The notes below the pieces were generated by a model that searched no databases, was not told where the DNA came from, and was given only the letters and a program-made list of their open reading frames with translations. From NCBI GenBank assembly GCA_016184105.1, contig JACPDI010000029.1, positions 7,905-71,904 of the forward strand: a stretch of DNA of 64,000 bases. The letters run 5' to 3'. The DNA is from Acidobacteriota bacterium (GTDB lineage: Bacteria > Acidobacteriota > Vicinamibacteria > Vicinamibacterales > 2-12-FULL-66-21). The translations under genes and the position numbers were made by a program. This document shows, in pieces, positions 61,939 to 64,000 of this stretch (positions are counted from its first letter, which is position 1; each line of letters starts with the position of its first letter).

Positions 61939-63782
61939 TGCCGTCCTTTCTGTATCCGGCGTTCCTGATCGGCGCGGCCGCCGTGGCCATCCCGCTGCTG
62001 CTGCACCTGCTCCGCAACCAGCAGGCTCCGGAGGTGCGGTTCAGCGCGGTGCGGCTCCTCCGCGGCGTCCGCGTGGAGCATGCGCAGCGCCGCCACATCA
62101 GGGACTGGCTGCTGCTGGCGCTGCGGATGGCCGCGCTGCTGCTCCTCGCGTTGGCCTTCGCCCGTCCTTATCTTTCCGGCGACGAATCCACGGCGGCGCG
62201 CGCGCGCGTCGTGCTGCTCGATCGATCCGCGAGCATGGCGGCGCCCGCCGTCTGGGCGCGCGCCCGCGCGGCGGCGCTGGAGGCCATCGACGCCGCGCCC
62301 GCCGGGGAGCCTGTCGGATTGATCGCGTTCGACGACAGGCCGGAGCTGCTCGCCCCGCCCACGATGGATCGCGGCGCGGTCAGGCACGCCGTCGAGCGCC
62401 TGCGGCCTGGTGTCGGCGGGACGCAGTACGCCGGTGCGATGGCACGGGCGGTGGCCGTCCTCGAAGACACCGACGCAGGCTCCGGCCGCATCGTCCTGAT
62501 TGGCGATCTGCAGGGCACGGAGGGGGATGCACGCGTCACCGTCCCCGAGGCTGCCGTTGTCGAGGTGGTGAAGGTCGCCGCAGGTTTCGATAACGTCGCG
62601 CTGCTTGGCGCCGTGCAGCGCGATGGCACCATCGTGGCCACCGTCAGGAACGACGGAGTTGCCGGCCGCCGCGTCCGGGTGCGGGTGGAGTCGGCTGGCG
62701 GCCGGGTTGAGGAAACGCAGGCGGACGTGCCCGCGTCGCAGACGATCGAGGCCGTCGTTCCCGTGGGATTGCGCGGCGGGGACGTGAAGGTCGTGCTCGT
62801 TGCAGCCGGGGGCAACGAGCTGCCTGCAGACGACGCGAGGGTCCTTTCGGTGGACGTGACCCGGCCCGTGCGCGTGCTGGTGGTGGGCGGCGCGGAGGAC
62901 GCTTTTTACGTACGCGCGGCGCTGGGCGCGGGCGAAGTGCGGCCTGATTTCGAGGTGGCGATGGTCGCCGCGCCGGGCGTGGCCGGGGCACTTGGCGGAG
63001 CGCAGGTGCCGGACGCGGCGTTCGTGCTCGGCCCGCGTGGTCTCGATCGCGGCGCTCGCGATGCGATCGCCCGCTTTGCACGCAACGGCGGCGGCGTGCT
63101 GGTGGCGTCGAGCGATCCCGGCTTTTCCACGCTGCTGGAGCGGCTCGAAGTGCTGGCACCGCGCGGCACAGACGCGGTGCTGGCGCTGGCGTCCTTCGAT
63201 CGGCGCCATCCGCTGTTCCAGGCACGGACCGGAATTGGCGAAGGCCTGGGAGGTGCGCGCTTCACGAGAGCGTGGCGCGTGCGCGCGCCTGAGTGGCAGC
63301 TGTTGGCGCGCTTCGACGACGGGGCGGGTGCCCTGTTCGAACGCCGGGAGGGGCGGGGGCGCATCGTGTTCCTCGCGTCGGACATGAATCGCCGCTGGAA
63401 CGATCTGCCGGTGCAGGCCGCGTTCGTGCCGTTCGTCCAGGAGATGGCGCGCTATCTGGCGCCGGCGGCCGAACGGCGCGAGTACACGCCTGGCACGCTC
63501 CCGGCCGGCACGGCGCCGGCACTCGGATTCATCCAGCTTGCCTCGGGCCGGCGGGTCGCCGTCAACCCGGACGTGCGCGAGTCAGACCCGTCGCGCATGG
63601 AGGCGAAGGCGTTCGAGCGGGCGCTGAAGCGGAGGCCGGACCGCCATGGTGACGAGTCGGCGGCGCGGCGGCGCGCGCAGGCGTCCGAGAGCGGACAGGC
63701 GCTCTGGCGTTACGGATTGATGCTGATGTTGGCGACCCTGGTCGCCGAGGGAGTCATCGGATCGCGCGTGAGGCGCACATGA
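61938..63782 (+). CDS. BatA-type protein (N-terminal double-TM aerotolerance-regulator domain + vWA-like region)
   Basis: MPSFLYPAFLIGAAAVAIPLLLHLL...W.LLALRMAALLLLALAFARP, then VVLLDRSASM. The start overlaps the DUF58 stop. GTG 61935 is an alternative start. Confidence 0.78.
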   Translation: MPSFLYPAFLIGAAAVAIPLLLHLLRNQQAPEVRFSAVRLLRGVRVEHAQRRHIRDWLLLALRMAALLLLALAFARPYLSGDESTAARARVVLLDRSASMAAPAVWARARAAALEAIDAAPAGEPVGLIAFDDRPELLAPPTMDRGAVRHAVERLRPGVGGTQYAGAMARAVAVLEDTDAGSGRIVLIGDLQGTEGDARVTVPEAAVVEVVKVAAGFDNVALLGAVQRDGTIVATVRNDGVAGRRVRVRVESAGGRVEETQADVPASQTIEAVVPVGLRGGDVKVVLVAAGGNELPADDARVLSVDVTRPVRVLVVGGAEDAFYVRAALGAGEVRPDFEVAMVAAPGVAGALGGAQVPDAAFVLGPRGLDRGARDAIARFARNGGGVLVASSDPGFSTLLERLEVLAPRGTDAVLALASFDRRHPLFQARTGIGEGLGGARFTRAWRVRAPEWQLLARFDDGAGALFERREGRGRIVFLASDMNRRWNDLPVQAAFVPFVQEMARYLAPAAERREYTPGTLPAGTAPALGFIQLASGRRVAVNPDVRESDPSRMEAKAFERALKRRPDRHGDESAARRRAQASESGQALWRYGLMLMLATLVAEGVIGSRVRRT

Positions 63783-64000
63783 GTCCGCAACTCGAGATCT
63801 CGACGTTTCTGGGGGCGATCCGAAAACGCTGGCGGTGGCTCGCGGCGCTGCGCGCCGGATCGTCGGCCGTCGCGGGCGTGGCGGTGGCGCTTGGCGTGCT
63901 CGCCCTCGCGGTCCGGCTGGCGCGCCCGACCGCCGACGCGGTCATGGCGATCGCCGTGCTGGCGATGGCCGCCGCGATCGCGTGGGTCGTGCGCGCGGTG
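63779..64000 (+). CDS. Membrane protein, 5' part only (runs off the right edge)
   Basis: The ATG at 63779 overlaps the upstream stop (ATGA). MSPQLEISTFLGAIRKRWRWLAALRAGSSAVAGVAVALGVLALAV... has two hydrophobic stretches. It is open-ended, so it is not in the ORF track. Confidence 0.5.
   Translation, partial: MSPQLEISTFLGAIRKRWRWLAALRAGSSAVAGVAVALGVLALAVRLARPTADAVMAIAVLAMAAAIAWVVRAV

Overview
High-GC chromosomal segment with GC3-rich codons and about 50 protein-coding genes. I saw no rRNA, tRNA, CRISPR array or intact prophage by eye. The gene content suggests an Acidobacteriota-like soil bacterium; this is inference only. That content includes CarboxypepD_reg-type TonB-dependent receptors without SusD, a sortilin-like BNR protein, TAT-exported M24 peptidases, secreted amidohydrolases, CarD, Rex, and a DUF4159-MoxR-DUF58-BatA module. 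Layout from left to right: (1) A minus-strand regulatory unit of sensor kinase with periplasmic CxxCH motifs, archaemetzincin-like peptidase and sigma-54 activator. It is followed by a near-consensus sigma-54 promoter and a micro-operon (75-aa 4-Cys protein, 28-aa membrane peptide, TAT-signal protein). (2) Housekeeping genes: ATP-grasp ligase, carD, plsC, OPT transporter, pepD, rex-moaC-dehydrogenase. (3) A lower-GC insertion scar carrying an Avd/IVS-type four-helix-bundle gene and a frameshifted, 3'-truncated IS256 transposase, bracketed by two inverted arrays of a 14-bp tandem repeat. (4) A peptide/protein-utilisation-like locus with two paralogous TonB receptors, preceded by two unusual regulators and a complex inverted-repeat operator. 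(5) CDF transporter, lepB, LytS/LytTR, an orphan nuoI, a metallophosphoesterase, and homocysteine methyltransferase/MTHFR. (6) Lon and peptidases. (7) A translationally coupled KAS - flavin reductase - ICMT::PIG-V fusion - TAT-aminotransferase cluster. (8) A TPR/HEXXH - DUF4159 - MoxR - DUF58 - BatA cluster running off the right edge. Two recurring themes stand out. At least six genes have a -10 box only 6-12 nt before the start codon, suggesting leaderless or near-leaderless mRNAs. Several genes (OPT, LytS, MTHFR end, IS256) appear to carry short internal deletions or frameshifts relative to my recollection of their families. Most long ORFs antisense to these genes in the track are high-GC artefacts. 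All family assignments come from motif recognition by eye; no database search was run.
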